Shown one piece after another: positions 30,515-41,147 of a stretch of 64,000 nucleotides of DNA. Made by a program: the position numbers and the translations under genes. Origin of the DNA: Candidatus Latescibacterota bacterium (GTDB taxonomy: Bacteria > Latescibacterota > UBA2968 > UBA8231); NCBI GenBank assembly GCA_965200315.1, contig OZ241362.1, positions 2,528,001 through 2,592,000 on the forward strand. Direction: 5' to 3'. How positions within the stretch are numbered: the first letter of the stretch is position 1; each line of letters begins with the position of its first letter. The notes under the pieces were generated by a model. It was not told the DNA's origin. It did no database searches and was given only the letters and a program-made list of their open reading frames with translations.

Positions 30515-30821
30515 TAGTGGGTCGCTTTGCATTTCTTAGAAACGGTCTGAAAACCACAGTGGATAGTGGTCAGTGGTCAGTGATCAGGCCGCACCCCAGC
30601 CCCCAAGGTACAGAAATATCAATAAAATAAATTAAATTAATTAACGTCACCTCGTGCTCCGACACGAGGCAACAATTGGGTCGCCGCCCCTTGAGAGGAG
30701 AGGCACCAACCGCCGCTTTCTGGTGTCTCCTTGGGGTCGCGGGCGTCCTGTCCGCGACCCGCGGGGAGACCCTAATGCCGGGTACTTAGCAGGTGCCCAA
30801 AATTTTCAAAGGGACCCACTA
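30515..30821. mobile_element. candidate MITE (non-autonomous IS derivative)
   Basis: Terminal inverted repeats TAGTGGGTC(G/C)CTTTG, flanked by CTAG (30511) and CTCG (30822); no transposase inside. Confidence 0.6.
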
Positions 30822-30879
30822 CTCGGCGCTTGCTGTAGGTGCTTGATACCCGTGAAAATTGGGTGGCGACAACCCCTGA

Positions 30880-32559
30880 CTACTGGCGCGGAATCACCGG
30901 CAAGAGTACGTAAGACGGATGCGCACTGGAGTGTTGCACCGTCTGTTGCGCTCTGCGCATTTCGGTATCCGTGCCGAGGTCGTTGCCGGTGTTGTGGTTT
31001 CTGTCGAAGCGCGGGAAATTGGACGAGGACACTTCAATCCTGACCCTGTGCCCCTTCTTGAAGACATTGCCTGTAACGGCGAGATCAATCTCGTACTGGT
31101 ATGTTTGACCGGGCTGGAGCAACTTGGGTGCGGCGAAGCCCTCGCGATAGCGCGCCCGGACGATGCCATCGCAGAGATTCTTGGCGTATCCACTAATTGA
31201 CACGTCCACCAGCTTGGCGGTCCAGTCGGTATCTAGCCCGTCGGTAGCCGCGTATAGAACGACCCTGATCGGCCCCGTCACCTCGAGATCGGCTGCCAAA
31301 GGCTCGCTGGTGTAGCAAAGCACGTCGGACCTCATTTCCACATCGCGCTGGTCGTACGGCCCCCAAGGCACAATGTGGGGCGAGCAACAGTTGTTTCCGC
31401 CCACAGTCTGCACGGGAAAATCGGGATCGTACACAAAGTGATCCGCCGGCTCTTCACCCGGCTCCTCCGGCGCTAGACGACCGTCGCCCAACAGCGTGTT
31501 GGCGTTGCCAGACGAGTGTAGATACCACTTTTGCCAGTCGGTTCTAGCCAGTGGCCATTCGCGCTCGTCTCTCCATTCATTGACGCCCATGATGAAGAGC
31601 CTAAGCGGGGCCTCGCCGACGATGCCGTTGTCGAGGCCCTTCAGCCAATAATCAAACCAACGCAACTCCAACGCCTCCAAGTCGTACAGCGAGTTCGCCC
31701 CGAAGTCGATGTCGCCGGTCTTGGTAGAAACACTGAGCGCGTGCGGCCAAGGACCGACGATGAGCTGACTTTGCCTAGCCTCGGGCGTCCGCCCGTGCAG
31801 CCTTAGACCGTTGAAGTTGATAAAGGTGTTGTGAGAGTAGAGGTCGTACCAGCCTCCCATTATCAGGGCCGGGGCCGCGATTTCGCCCCACTTGTTTTCG
31901 ACGTTGACCGAGTCCCAGTAGGAATCGTATTCGGTGTGCGTTACCCAATCCCGCCAAAACTGTAGGGTGCGGCCCGCTTGTTGATCCATGTCGATGAGTG
32001 GGATCGAGCGAAAGGCCTCCGTCCAGTTGTGGTACTCGATGCTCTGAGCGGTGCGGCCATTGGTCCGCATCCCCCACGTGAGGGCGACGTTGAGTTGGAA
32101 CGCCCCGCCGGGGTGTATTAGGCCCGAGTACAGATCGCCGCACATGACCCTTGGTGCCATGCACGTCAGGTACTGGCTGCGGTGCGGCGCACTCTGCCAC
32201 TGCACCCATCCGAGGTAGGAGCCTCCGGCCATGCCGATCTTGCCGTCGCTCCACTCCTGCTGGCCAATCCATTCCTGCGTATCAAAACCGTCCGGGCCGT
32301 GGCCGAACAGGGCGTAGTGAACGCCGTCGGAGTCCCAGCGCCCCCGCACGTCTTGGATGACGCAGGCATAGCCGTTATTGGCCAGCCGCATGGCCTTCTC
32401 GATCAGGAGCGATGTGTTGTTGTCGTATGGCGTGCGCATTAGCACGGTCGGGAACCTACCCGATGCCTTCGGCAGATAGATGTCGGAAGAAAGATCAACG
32501 CCGTCCCGCATCCGCGTTCGGATGTTCAAGCTCATATCGACTGCGTAGTTTGGCTGCAT
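30880..32559 (-). CDS. CocE/NonD family hydrolase
   Basis: MRDGVDLSSDIY, QDVRGRWDSDG, GGSYLG nucleophile, GGWYD, SSSNFPRFDRN. Confidence 0.93.
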   Translation of the reverse strand: MQPNYAVDMSLNIRTRMRDGVDLSSDIYLPKASGRFPTVLMRTPYDNNTSLLIEKAMRLANNGYACVIQDVRGRWDSDGVHYALFGHGPDGFDTQEWIGQQEWSDGKIGMAGGSYLGWVQWQSAPHRSQYLTCMAPRVMCGDLYSGLIHPGGAFQLNVALTWGMRTNGRTAQSIEYHNWTEAFRSIPLIDMDQQAGRTLQFWRDWVTHTEYDSYWDSVNVENKWGEIAAPALIMGGWYDLYSHNTFINFNGLRLHGRTPEARQSQLIVGPWPHALSVSTKTGDIDFGANSLYDLEALELRWFDYWLKGLDNGIVGEAPLRLFIMGVNEWRDEREWPLARTDWQKWYLHSSGNANTLLGDGRLAPEEPGEEPADHFVYDPDFPVQTVGGNNCCSPHIVPWGPYDQRDVEMRSDVLCYTSEPLAADLEVTGPIRVVLYAATDGLDTDWTAKLVDVSISGYAKNLCDGIVRARYREGFAAPKLLQPGQTYQYEIDLAVTGNVFKKGHRVRIEVSSSNFPRFDRNHNTGNDLGTDTEMRRAQQTVQHSSAHPSYVLLPVIPRQ

Positions 32560-32592
32560 AGTTGGCCTCGGTGGGTTGCAGAGTAGCCGCGC

Positions 32593-32886
32593 CTACTGGT
32601 TGCGAATCGCCTCGATTTTGCCGTCGCGCTCGGCAAAGAGCTCGTTGCGGACTTTGCTCATTTGCTCCTGTACTTGGCGGCGCGCTTCGCCGAGGGCCTG
32701 CGGGTCTGCGCCAGTAGCTTGCTCTAGCTGCCCCTTGAGCGCGATCTCTTGCTCGGCCCACTTGGCCTCGTACTGCTTGCGCACTTGGTCTATGGCCTCT
32801 TTCTGCTCGTCTGTCAGCTTGATACCCTCTGCGCCCCCGACTGCCTCGTTGGCCTTTTCCATGGCCAACTCAAGTGCCGATTTCAT
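32593..32886 (-). CDS. hypothetical helical protein
   Basis: AGGAG RBS; MKSALELAMEK start; coiled-coil composition. Confidence 0.75.
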   Translation of the reverse strand: MKSALELAMEKANEAVGGAEGIKLTDEQKEAIDQVRKQYEAKWAEQEIALKGQLEQATGADPQALGEARRQVQEQMSKVRNELFAERDGKIEAIRNQ

Positions 32887-33041
32887 GGCAAACTCTCCTG
32901 TGTTGACATCTCCCGACTACGGCCTTAACATCGCAAAAAAGATAGAGGCTGGCCGCAATCGCGACAAATTGCGTCGTCCGCCCTCTACCACCGAGCAGGC
33001 AGCGACCTGCCGCTCCAACTCACCACGCCCAAAGGAACCTT

Positions 33042-33485
33042 ATGTCCAAACAGTGGAAGGTCTATCTAGCCGGCGAGATTCACAGCGACTGGCGCGAGCG
33101 CATCGCCCAAGCGGCCAGCGACCTGCCGGTCGAGTTCACCGCTCCGGTCACCGATCACGCGGCCAGCGACAACTGCGGAGTCGACATGCTCGGGCCGGAG
33201 GAAAGCAGCTTTTGGAAGGATCACAAAGGCGCGCAGATCAACGCCATCCGCACCCGCACCCAAATCCGCGACGCCGATTTGGTGGTGGTGCGCTTCGGCG
33301 ATCAGTACCGCCAGTGGAACGCGGCTTTTGACGCGGGGTTTGCCGCCGCCTGCAACAAGCCGCTAATCATCCTCCACCCATCCGAGTTGCAACACGCGCT
33401 CAAGGAAGTGGATGCGGCCGCGCTCGCCGTGGCCGATGCGCCCGAACAGGTCGCGGCCATCCTGCGCTATGTCATCGAAAAGTAA
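33042..33485 (+). CDS. YtoQ family protein (nucleoside 2-deoxyribosyltransferase-like)
   Basis: VYLAGEIHSDWRE, QYRQWNAAFDAG, LQHALKEVD. Confidence 0.88.
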   Translation: MSKQWKVYLAGEIHSDWRERIAQAASDLPVEFTAPVTDHAASDNCGVDMLGPEESSFWKDHKGAQINAIRTRTQIRDADLVVVRFGDQYRQWNAAFDAGFAAACNKPLIILHPSELQHALKEVDAAALAVADAPEQVAAILRYVIEK

Positions 33486-33491
33486 AACAGC

Positions 33492-36041
33492 TCAGCGCAG
33501 CAAAATCATCTTGCGCTGTGCGCGGTAGGAATCGGCTTTGAGCACATAGAAATAGAGACCGCTGCGGTAGCCAGACGCATCCCATTCCACCTCGTGCCGT
33601 CCCGGCGTCATCCGCCTCTCCACCAGCCGCTCAACCTCCTGCCCCAAGACGTTGTACACCGTCAATTGCACTAAGCTGGCAACGGGCAAATCGAAGCGGA
33701 TTTTGGTCGTCGGGTTGAACGGGTTGGGCGCGTTTGGATGCAAGGCGTAGTGCTCGGGACGCGGCTGCGCTCCCTTTTGTGCTTCGACGCGCTGGTCAGA
33801 GCCCAATTCCAGCGTCCCCTCGCCCGCTAGCTCCAACACGAGCAGATCGCCTTCGATGGCCGTGCCCCACCACTCGCCGCCGAGGAAACGAGCCGCGGTC
33901 CACTCGTTTCCCGAATGGGGTATTTTTAACTGATAGCCCGCATCGGGGCCGCGCACAAAACCCGCATAGTCATCTCGATCCAAGCTCACGTCTATCACTT
34001 CGCTGGCGTGGAAAACGGTCTCGCCGTCGGCCAAAAGATAGGTTGCGTCTTGCGCTACAAAACGGGTGAGTTGACCATCGACATAGCGGACGTAGCCGAA
34101 GCGGGCATCGCTGACCAAGCTCGCATCCGGCCCAGATACAGCGGCCTTGGATGCCTTGCCGTTGCGGAGCCAAGCCAAATCCCGTACCCCGGTCAGCGCC
34201 ACTAAGGCCGCCTCAGCTCCTTGCGCGGATGCAGTCTCAAACGCCGGCCTAGCATCCCTAAGCGCCCGCGGATACAGTACTGCCAAGTAGCGCCCATCGA
34301 CGCCCTCTTGCTGCACCCGCAACACCGCGTGGGTCCGCTCTTGGCGATAGTCAAAGGAGTGAATCGCCTCGCTCTCAAGCGCGGCCCGGCCGGGTTGGTC
34401 GGGCAAAAACGCCAGCAACTCGGCCTGATCCCGCGTCCAACGCGCCAAGTTGCCCACACGGGCATATGTGCCCCCACTAGTGCCGCCGCCGTTGCCGTGC
34501 AGCCGCCACTCGTAGGCGTGGCGACGGCCCGGGGCGTCGATTTCGTCGGCCACCATGAAGTACTTGTGGTCGGCAAAAAAGACCCGCCGCCTCAGCTCGA
34601 CGCCCCGGTAGGCGGCGCGGACTTCCGAGTAGTCGCCAGCGGTACTCGTGAAGAATGCCTCGATAAAAGCGTCGTTGCGGTCGCCGATGGTCCCCACCAA
34701 GGGCACAATTCGGCGCGGCGGACCCTTGCCATCAACCAGCACCACGTTGTGATTGCGGCCTTTGTTGACCTTGTCGTGGTTGTCAAAATTGATGTAACCC
34801 GCATCTAAGGCCAGCATCTCGCCGGCGGCGTACAGCACAAAGCTAGTCTCGTCGGGATGCTCGTGCGCGAACCCATGCTCGCGTACCGCGCCGTTTTCGC
34901 CGCGCAAGAGCATGTAGGTGGCTGCGGCCGACCAGTCGCTGCGGAAGACGGCGTCCCCAGCTCCCGGCATAAAAACCGACGGACCGTGCGTCGGCTCTTG
35001 CGCGGACACGCTGTCGTCGTACAGGGCGATGGCGTCCATCTCGGAAAACTCGCGCACGTACAGGCCGCGTTCGTTGTTTTCCCAATCCCAGCGGTGGACC
35101 CCGCCGTTGGCTTGCGCGGCCGCTAGGTAATGCCCGTAGAAATCGTCTAAGTGGCTGTCGTCGATGTTCGGCCGGCGGCCATTGGGCAGCCGCAGGTTCA
35201 GGGACCACTCGTGCATCTTCTCGATCTTGGAATCGGCAAACAGGTCCAAGCCGATGCGGTTCTTGAGCGCGAACAAATAGGGCAAATAGACATCCGCGGC
35301 GTAGCGGCTGTAAAACGGCCCCTCCGCGTACCCTCCGTCCCTTTCTTCAATCTGGAAGTCGAGGCTGCTGGTGACCATCTCCAAGGCGCGGTCAGCCCAT
35401 TCCTGCGGCGTACCCTCGCCGCTGGTGTACTCGCTCAAGGCCAGAGCCGCCAGCCCGAGGCCGCCGTACGCACGGATGTGCCAGTTGTCGAGATGCGGAG
35501 TCTCGTGCAAGCGAATTTTGACCTTGAACGGCCCAAGCCCCACCTTGCCAATCACGATGCCCTTCCACAGGCGGTCGGCTTCCTCGCCGAGGATCGACCG
35601 CATTGCTTGCAGGGCCTGGGGGTCGTTGGCCGCAGCATAGGGGTGCAAGATGTCGTACGCCACGGCGTACTGGGCCACGACCTCGCCTTCGTTGTGCGGC
35701 TCGCCCAAATCACCTCCTCGCGGCGGGAACGCCACCCCCTGCATCACCTCCAACGCACGCTCGGCAAACGCGGCATCGTCGGTCATCAGCCAAGCGAAGG
35801 CGAGGGACTTGGCGTAGCGGACCTCGGCGCGTTCGTCGGCAAAGGCCGCCGGGGCGTTCCGCGCCCGCTGCAACACAATCTGCCACCACGTGGCATACGG
35901 CTCGCGCTGGACGCGCTCTTTGAGCAGGGGAATATCTTCGGCAGAAAAAAGCAGGCCCGGATGCACTTCGGCGGATAGCGTCTGCGCGGCAGCACCCACA
36001 GGCGCGAGGGCCAAGGCAGCGCAAAAGGCCAAGGCGAGCAT
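33492..36041 (-). CDS. secreted heparinase II/III-like polysaccharide lyase with T9SS/FlgD-like C-terminus
   Basis: Signal peptide; DGGYAEGPFY, VFRSDW, AHEHPDETSF, HNVVLVDG; NAPNPFNP...QRKMILLR. Confidence 0.8.
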   Translation of the reverse strand: MLALAFCAALALAPVGAAAQTLSAEVHPGLLFSAEDIPLLKERVQREPYATWWQIVLQRARNAPAAFADERAEVRYAKSLAFAWLMTDDAAFAERALEVMQGVAFPPRGGDLGEPHNEGEVVAQYAVAYDILHPYAAANDPQALQAMRSILGEEADRLWKGIVIGKVGLGPFKVKIRLHETPHLDNWHIRAYGGLGLAALALSEYTSGEGTPQEWADRALEMVTSSLDFQIEERDGGYAEGPFYSRYAADVYLPYLFALKNRIGLDLFADSKIEKMHEWSLNLRLPNGRRPNIDDSHLDDFYGHYLAAAQANGGVHRWDWENNERGLYVREFSEMDAIALYDDSVSAQEPTHGPSVFMPGAGDAVFRSDWSAAATYMLLRGENGAVREHGFAHEHPDETSFVLYAAGEMLALDAGYINFDNHDKVNKGRNHNVVLVDGKGPPRRIVPLVGTIGDRNDAFIEAFFTSTAGDYSEVRAAYRGVELRRRVFFADHKYFMVADEIDAPGRRHAYEWRLHGNGGGTSGGTYARVGNLARWTRDQAELLAFLPDQPGRAALESEAIHSFDYRQERTHAVLRVQQEGVDGRYLAVLYPRALRDARPAFETASAQGAEAALVALTGVRDLAWLRNGKASKAAVSGPDASLVSDARFGYVRYVDGQLTRFVAQDATYLLADGETVFHASEVIDVSLDRDDYAGFVRGPDAGYQLKIPHSGNEWTAARFLGGEWWGTAIEGDLLVLELAGEGTLELGSDQRVEAQKGAQPRPEHYALHPNAPNPFNPTTKIRFDLPVASLVQLTVYNVLGQEVERLVERRMTPGRHEVEWDASGYRSGLYFYVLKADSYRAQRKMILLR

Positions 36042-36048
36042 ACATCCT

Positions 36049-36681
36049 CTAAAAGACGCGGCGCAGATCAAAGCCCCACAGCAGGCCCAAGGTGACGTAG
36101 CCCTTGCCGACTAAAACCTTGAAACCGCCGACGGTCCGGCCTGGCGCATCGAAAAACATCCCCAAGGTGCCATACGCCGTCGCTGGGCTTAGGTGGCGGT
36201 AGCCCGCCCCGGCAAACAGCTTGCCCGGCCGTCCGGTAATCCACACTTCGTCGAGGACAATATAGGCCAGATCCGCACTGAGCGAGCGCAGCCAATCCGT
36301 GCCGCCCGAGCAGCGGTAGTCCGCCACGCGGTATCCAGTCCGCGTATCGAAGCAGTAGGTACGGGTGGGATAGGGGCGGAAGTAACGAGGGTCGCGGTCG
36401 TCGCCTTCGTGAAAGCTCACATCGAGCACATTGGCCGAACAGATGAGGCGCAAGCGGTTGAATACCGCCCTAAACCCCAAGGGAACGCGCACGCCCGCGC
36501 CGCGATGATCCAAGTTGATGAAACCCAAACCTACCGCAGCATAGTACCCGTCGTGCTGCCGCTTGGGCACCTCTTCGGGCACGGCATCTTGGATGCGCAC
36601 GGCCTCGGCCCCACTCGCCAACAGCAAGCCGATCCAGACAAGGTGTATGTATGTGCATTGTATCACCTGTTTGTCCTCCAC
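36049..36681 (-). CDS. hypothetical exported/outer-membrane-like protein
   Basis: Signal-like N-terminus; beta-strand-like C-terminus; abuts lyase gene. Confidence 0.6.
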   Translation of the reverse strand: MEDKQVIQCTYIHLVWIGLLLASGAEAVRIQDAVPEEVPKRQHDGYYAAVGLGFINLDHRGAGVRVPLGFRAVFNRLRLICSANVLDVSFHEGDDRDPRYFRPYPTRTYCFDTRTGYRVADYRCSGGTDWLRSLSADLAYIVLDEVWITGRPGKLFAGAGYRHLSPATAYGTLGMFFDAPGRTVGGFKVLVGKGYVTLGLLWGFDLRRVF

Positions 36682-36911
36682 CTATACAATCTATACGTCG
36701 CGGCAAAAATGCCAATGGCCCTGTGGGGTCAGCACCGTACGGACGAGGTGGTGTAGGTGCTCACTGGGCTATCTCGGCGAATCGGCGCAGGGATTTATCA
36801 CCCGCCAGCAACCCCTCGGCCTCCCGCTCCACCGCCAAAGAATCTCGTCTAGCGTCCGCAGCGGCTGCGGCTTTCCTTGCCCACTCTACCGCGCCCCGTA
36901 TTTTACCCTAC

Positions 36912-37748
36912 ATGATCCGCAAGATACAGTCCACCGCCATCGTCTTGCTCCTAACGACTAATGCCAGTTGTCTGGCCCCGTCTGACGAAGGCGCTGAATC
37001 TGCTGCTCTCCAGCCGCAACAGCCCTCTGAAATCCCGACGTATTCCTACCGAGTCGTCCACTCCTTCCCTCACGACCCAGACGCCTTCACCCAAGGGCTA
37101 CTCTACCACGACGGCTTTCTCTACGAAAGCACCGGCCAGCACGGCCAGTCGTCCCTGCGCAAGGTCGAGCTCGAAACAGGAGCTGTCGTGCAGCTCCACC
37201 AGCTAGACGACAGCTTCTTCGCCGAGGGACTCGCCCTCTTCGGCAATCGCCTGCTCCAGCTAACTTGGCGATCTAACAAGGGCTTTGCCTATCGTCTCGA
37301 TTCGTTTGAGCCGCTAGCGGAGTTCACCTATCCCACCGAGGGCTGGGGGCTGACGTACGACGGCGAACTACTCGTTATGAGCGATGGCAGCGCGACCCTG
37401 TACTTCCGCGACCCATTTACCTTCGCCGAGGTAAGCCGAGTCGCCGTGGTGGCCCAAGGCCGCCCCGTATCTCAACTCAACGAACTCGAGTGGGTCGCCG
37501 GCGAGATCTTTGCCAATATCTGGCAGAACGACACCATCGCCCGCATCGACCCGGCGACCGGCCAAGTCGCGGGGTGGATTGACCTCGCCGGGCTGTTGAG
37601 CGATCAAGACCGCCGTAGCTCTAACGCCGAGGTGCTCAACGGCATTGCCTACGACCCCGAGAGCGAGCGACTCTTCGTCACCGGCAAGTGGTGGCCCAAG
37701 CTCTACCAAATCGAACTCATATCCCCTTCACCGAGAGGTACCCCATGA
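36912..37748 (+). CDS. glutaminyl-peptide cyclotransferase
   Basis: PHDPDAFTQGL, ESTG, FAEGL, EGWGL, LNELE, VLNGIAYD, TGKWWP. Confidence 0.93.
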   Translation: MIRKIQSTAIVLLLTTNASCLAPSDEGAESAALQPQQPSEIPTYSYRVVHSFPHDPDAFTQGLLYHDGFLYESTGQHGQSSLRKVELETGAVVQLHQLDDSFFAEGLALFGNRLLQLTWRSNKGFAYRLDSFEPLAEFTYPTEGWGLTYDGELLVMSDGSATLYFRDPFTFAEVSRVAVVAQGRPVSQLNELEWVAGEIFANIWQNDTIARIDPATGQVAGWIDLAGLLSDQDRRSSNAEVLNGIAYDPESERLFVTGKWWPKLYQIELISPSPRGTP

Positions 37749-38260
37749 CCCAAGACCGCGTCCCCGTGTGCATCGCCGTGCTCACGGTCTCCGACACCCG
37801 CGACGAAGCAACCGACAAGTCCGGCAAGCTGCTGGCCGAACGCCTCGAAGCGGCTGGCCACATCCTGCACGAAAAGCAAATCCTGCCCGACGACATCTAT
37901 CAGCTCCGCGCCCAAGTCTCGCAGTGGATTGCCGAGCCTCGCGTCCAAGCCATCGTCACCACCGGCGGCACCGGCCTCACGGGCCGCGACGGTACGCCCG
38001 AGGCTGTCAGCGTGCTCTTCGACAAGGAAATCGAGGGCTTTGGCGAGGTCTTCCGCGTACTCTCCTACGAGGAGATCGGCACTGCAACCCTGCAATCGCG
38101 CTGCGTGGCCGGCGTCGCCAACAGCACCTACATCTTCTGCCTGCCTGGCTCCTCCGGGGCTTGCGCCACCGGCTGGGACAAGCTCATCGGGCCGCAGCTA
38201 GATTCTACCAACCAGCCCTGTAACCTCGTCGATCTGATGCCGAGATTGTCCGAAATTTGA
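37745..38260 (+). CDS. moaB: molybdenum cofactor biosynthesis protein B
   Basis: VLTVSDTR, DKSG, TTGGTGLTGRDGTPEA, CLPGS. Confidence 0.93.
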   Translation: MTQDRVPVCIAVLTVSDTRDEATDKSGKLLAERLEAAGHILHEKQILPDDIYQLRAQVSQWIAEPRVQAIVTTGGTGLTGRDGTPEAVSVLFDKEIEGFGEVFRVLSYEEIGTATLQSRCVAGVANSTYIFCLPGSSGACATGWDKLIGPQLDSTNQPCNLVDLMPRLSEI

Positions 38261-38282
38261 CGAGAGGAACTACGCGCCTAGC

Positions 38283-40133
38283 TCAAGCCAATAAGTTCTT
38301 TAGGAATTGCCCGGTGTACGACTCGCTCACTTCGGCGAGCTCCTCCGGCGTCCCCTGCCCGACGATCTGGCCGCCGTTGTGCCCGCCCTCGGGACCTAAG
38401 TCGATGATGTAGTCCGCAGTCTTGATCACATCCAAATGGTGCTCAATGACCAAGACCGTATGACCGGCCTCGACTAGGCGGTTGAGGCTGTCGAGCAGGT
38501 GCTGAATGTCGGCCAAATGCAGCCCAGTGGTAGGCTCGTCGAGCAGATAGAGGTTGCTTTTGCCGCGCTTGAGCTTGCCCAGTTCGTCGGCCAGCTTGAC
38601 GCGCTGGGCCTCGCCGCCGGAGAGGGTCCCCGCCCGGCGCGTGAGGCTGAGATAATCCAAGCCAATGCCCATGATGAGGTCCAGCCGCAACGCGAGCTCG
38701 CGCACGATCTGCTCGCCGGCCTGCTTCCTTTGCGCGGGCATGGGAACGCCCTTGAGAAAATCGCGCAACTCTTGCAGGTGCATCTCGCACAGGTCGTGGA
38801 TGGTGCGGCCAGCCACGGTGACGAGCATGCGCGAGGCTTTGAGCCGAGTGCCGCCACAATCCGGGCAGTCGTACTCGACCATGACCTTGCGCAGATAGTC
38901 CTCCATCCCCGAATACGCTACCCCTTGGCGGCGGTAGCGGCGATAGCGGCGATCGATTTGGTTGATGATCCCATCAAAAGAGACCTTGCGCCCCTTGTAG
39001 CGACGGCCCTCGGTCGCGCCCGGCGGCAGGACAATAGTAAAGCGCTCGCCTTTGGTGCCGTGGAATAGCACGTCCCCGATGCGGTCGGACAGCTCGGCAA
39101 AGGGCGCGTCCAAGTCGAAGCCGTAGTGCTGGGCCAAGCTATAGAAGATGCGGCCGCCCCACCCATTGCGGTCGTAGTTGAATGCCTCGCGCACAAAGGC
39201 ACCGTCGATGATGCTCCGGCTCTTGTCGGGCACCAGCAGATCGGGATGGACCTGTAGATAGGTGCCCAAGCCCGAACAGGTGACGCAGGCGGAGAGCGGC
39301 TCGTTGAAGGTGAAGTAGCCTTGAGTCAGCTCGGCCATGCTGAGGCGGTGCCCCGGGCAGCCGAAGCCTTCGTAGAAGGCCGCGACCTCTTGTTCGGAAG
39401 CGATTTCAGGGTTTAGCAAGTGGAAGCTGAGAAAGCTTTCGCCCACCACTAGGCCGTGCTCAATGGAAGCGAGGAGTTGCTTTTGCAGGTCGCCGCGGAT
39501 GACGAAGCGGTCAATGACGGCCTCGATGTGGAAATCCTCGTTCTCGTCGAGCTCGATCTCCTCGCTCAAATCGCATAGCTCGCCATCGATGCGCACTCGC
39601 CGATACCCCTTGGTGCGAATGTCGTCAAACAGAAAAGCGTAGTCCTCGCCGTAGATCTTAAACACCGGCGCACGGATTTCTACCTCGGCCCCGTCCGGCA
39701 GAGACAGCAAGTGCTCGGCCATCTGGTAGGGTGTGCGGTAGGCGATGGGGCGGCGGCAATAGGGGCAGTGGGCTTGGCCTATTGTGGAGAAGAGCATCCG
39801 CAGGTATTCGTACAAGTCGGTCATGGTGCCGACGGTCGAGCGCGGGTTGTTGAAGATGGTCTTCTGCTCAATGGAAATGACCGGCGAAAGCCCGGTGACA
39901 AAATCGACATCCGGCTTCTTCATCTGCTCGACAAAGTGCTTAGCATAAGTGGACATGGACTCCATGAAGCACCGCTGGCCCTCGGCGTACACCGTGTCAA
40001 AGGCCAGCGAGGATTTGCCCGAGCCGCTGATGCCGGTGATGACGACCAGTTTATCGCGCGGAATGCTGACGTCGATGTTTTGCAGGTTGTTTTCGCGTGC
40101 GCCCTTGATGGCGATCGAATCTCGTATAGCCAT
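38283..40133 (-). CDS. uvrA: UvrA-like protein with internal deletion (single composite NBD, 616 aa)
   Basis: [22 protein letters not shown], zinc fingers; only one LSGGEAQR, followed directly by the NBD2-type C-terminus. Confidence 0.85.
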   Translation of the reverse strand: MAIRDSIAIKGARENNLQNIDVSIPRDKLVVITGISGSGKSSLAFDTVYAEGQRCFMESMSTYAKHFVEQMKKPDVDFVTGLSPVISIEQKTIFNNPRSTVGTMTDLYEYLRMLFSTIGQAHCPYCRRPIAYRTPYQMAEHLLSLPDGAEVEIRAPVFKIYGEDYAFLFDDIRTKGYRRVRIDGELCDLSEEIELDENEDFHIEAVIDRFVIRGDLQKQLLASIEHGLVVGESFLSFHLLNPEIASEQEVAAFYEGFGCPGHRLSMAELTQGYFTFNEPLSACVTCSGLGTYLQVHPDLLVPDKSRSIIDGAFVREAFNYDRNGWGGRIFYSLAQHYGFDLDAPFAELSDRIGDVLFHGTKGERFTIVLPPGATEGRRYKGRKVSFDGIINQIDRRYRRYRRQGVAYSGMEDYLRKVMVEYDCPDCGGTRLKASRMLVTVAGRTIHDLCEMHLQELRDFLKGVPMPAQRKQAGEQIVRELALRLDLIMGIGLDYLSLTRRAGTLSGGEAQRVKLADELGKLKRGKSNLYLLDEPTTGLHLADIQHLLDSLNRLVEAGHTVLVIEHHLDVIKTADYIIDLGPEGGHNGGQIVGQGTPEELAEVSESYTGQFLKNLLA

Positions 40134-40149
40134 AGTGTGTCCTGTTGTG

Positions 40150-40750
40150 CTAGTGCAGCCCCCAATCGGCCCCATCGTCGTAGTAATAAGCCGCTTCCTG
40201 TAGCTCTGTGCGGCTCTTTTCGGTGAGGCGCAGCGGTGCTGACATCTTTTGCAGCAGGCCCTTTTCAACCAGCCACTCGCAGGCAAAGTCCGCACCTTCC
40301 ATCTTGAAATGCTCCTCTATTTCCGACACCGTGCGCATAGCCTCGGCCTCCTCCAAATAGTCGAGTAGAGGCCGGAACAGGTCCCAGAGGTGGTCGTCGA
40401 GGTAGGTCTCTACGCGCTGGAGGGCGGCCTTGAGGGTGCGGGCGTTTTTGGGAGCGGCGATGAGATCCGTGTAGATGGCGTTGAAGAACTCAGGGTTGAA
40501 GGCGAGGGCTTGGTGAATGACCTCGCGGCCGGGGGCTTGGCCGTTGAGGATGCACTCGACGCTGGCGAGTTGATCGGCCACGTTGAGCAGCCACAGGAAG
40601 CTGTAGTTGTAGTCCTTCTTCACCTGGTACCACTTCTGGGCTTTGGCCAAGGTGGCCAACAGCGGCAGGGCGCGCCGCAGCAACTGGTAGTCGCGGTCGC
40701 GCGCGCCGATGCGCTCGGCGTCTTGGTACCACGCGGCAATGGATTCGGCA
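40150..40750 (-). pseudogene. C-terminal fragment of a nucleotidyltransferase-like (YgxA-like) protein
   Basis: Plausible coding from ESIAAWYQD to YYYDDG; upstream sequence is an opposite-strand nuclease fragment. Confidence 0.5.
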
Positions 40751-40780
40751 CAGGGTAGCTCCCTGAAGCCCGGCGAATAG

Positions 40781-41030
40781 GCAGAAGTAGAGCGGGAAAG
40801 CGACAACATCGACATCCTGATCCGCGACCACCCTTCCGCGGTGGTAATCGAGAACAAGATCTGGGCCGAGGATCAACCCGAGCAACTGCGGAGATACGCT
40901 AAAAAACTGAAGGGGCAAGGTTATACGCCTCATCTGTTGTACCTGACGCTTCATGGCCACTCCCCCTCCGAAGATAGCGCAGGTGGTCTCAAGTACAAAT
41001 GTATTTCCTACAAGGAGGAATCTGAAATAC
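40781..41030 (+). pseudogene. PD-(D/E)XK nuclease internal fragment
   Basis: EVERE..NIDILI...VVIENKIWAEDQPEQLRRY...LLYLTL...ISY. Confidence 0.75.
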
Positions 41031-41043
41031 CCGACTCGCGGCA

Positions 41044-41147
41044 GGTAAAGGCCCACTCGTCTTCAAAGACTCCGACTGCATCGGCAAAGTCGATTCCGTG
41101 TTTTCGTAGATTGGATTGGCTTTGGCGGCATCCCATTGATAACCCAT
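41044..41147 (-). pseudogene. BrnT-like toxin fragment, frameshifted and truncated
   Basis: MGYQWDAAKA then shifted frame SNLRKHGIDFADAVGVFED. Confidence 0.75.

Noticed and set aside
30654-31043. 129-aa ORF as transposase
   Set aside because: No transposase motifs; it spans repeats and the antisense of the CocE gene.
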